Of a DNA stretch of 64,000 bases, positions 63,206 through 64,000 are shown one piece after another. This stretch comes from Candidatus Bathyarchaeota archaeon. GTDB taxonomy: Archaea > Thermoproteota > Bathyarchaeia > Bathyarchaeales > Bathycorpusculaceae. Made by a program: the position numbers and the translations under genes. Under the pieces are notes generated by a model. The model did not search any database. It had not been told where the DNA came from and was given only the letters and a program-made list of their open reading frames with translations. The stretch is taken from contig CAVYRJ010000008.1 in assembly GCA_963770935.1 (NCBI GenBank), positions 239,816-303,815 of the forward strand. Reading direction: 5' to 3'. Numbering within the stretch: the stretch's first letter is position 1; each line of letters starts with the position of its first letter.

Positions 63206-64000
63206 TAAGACGCCTCCCTTAAGGATATTACATTTTCTAATATCACATGAAATTTATTTTTTTCTTGTTGTACTCTTAGCTCTATTCTCATATTATTCAA
63301 CCCTTTTTGCTAAATGAATTTGTTTCATTAAATTACAATAAAATTCCTTAGAACTCAGCACATGTTTTATTATTTTAGTAAAATTAAAAATAACTTATAT
63401 CTTATTTTTTACAAAACCCCTGTTCATATAAGCAGTTTAGACATTTCTAAGTTAAAGTAAATGATAGAAATGCTATCTTATAGCTGAAATGTTAAGAATG
63501 CTGTTTTAAATACAATTCAAGCTTATTGCAAAGATAGATTGTGCATAAACTAAGCAGGTTAGCTTTTAATGAAAACCCTATCCATCAGGAAAAATAATGT
63601 AGGGAATTTTTTTTGTAAAATTCAACTGAAGTTCTAACTGGTCTTAACAATCAATGTATCGATTAAGTAGTCAACTGCACCTGGCTGACCTTTAATTTTA
63701 ATCCTTGAAGTCTTCTATAAAACGATCAACAATCAACAATCCTTGGGCTATCTAACCTCTATTTTCAATTCTCCCTCAAAATCAAAATGTATTGAATAAT
63801 AAATAGAAATGTGACTGCAGGCTTACAACAACACTATAGGAAATTCCTAATGTACAACAAAAAAAGAACTATAGTTAAAAATAGAAGCTTGATTGGGTAA
63901 ATTTATGCTGAAAATACATCTCCCACAGAATCCCAAAATAACCTATTTGCGCAATGAAGTTCCTATGGTTCTTATATAAATGGTGGATCAAGAAAAAATA

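Noticed and set aside
63206-64000. AT-rich tail as CRISPR leader/array or replication origin
   Set aside because: No regularly spaced direct repeats, ORB-like boxes, cas or cdc6 genes visible

Overview
Archaeal chromosomal segment, most consistent with Bathyarchaeia or another TACK lineage. This rests on archaeal markers (dph5, ribK, ribL, rpl35ae, aIF-1A, mre11/rad50, archaeal SRP RNA), TATA/BRE promoters and frequent TTG starts; the taxon itself is an inference. Contents: tungstate ABC transporter, a ~5.7 kb DUF4011 SF1 helicase-nuclease (Hhe-like), thiolase/DUF35, cbiB/cobD, a flavin/diphthine cluster, asnA-pckG with an Lrp regulator, GGR, rpsJ, mre11-rad50, a corrinoid uptake/salvage cluster, an AT-rich cluster of small zinc-ribbon and nucleic-acid proteins around aIF-1A, SRP RNA, a trp operon with fused trpEG and no trpF, tRNA-Lys(CTT), and a downstream island with an S8 protease. 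Many genes, including core ones, are split by single-base indels, which points to long-read assembly errors. Best candidates for new biology: (1) a locus with three CxxC-x17-CxxC zinc ribbons, an RNase H-like fusion, an SSB-like protein, a LysW-like protein and structured leaders; (2) a radical-SAM/SPASM homolog lacking all three CX3CX2C cysteines inside the btu operon; (3) a Trp-codon uORF with a prfB-like CUU-UGG-C site whose +1 shift enters the start-less trpE frame.
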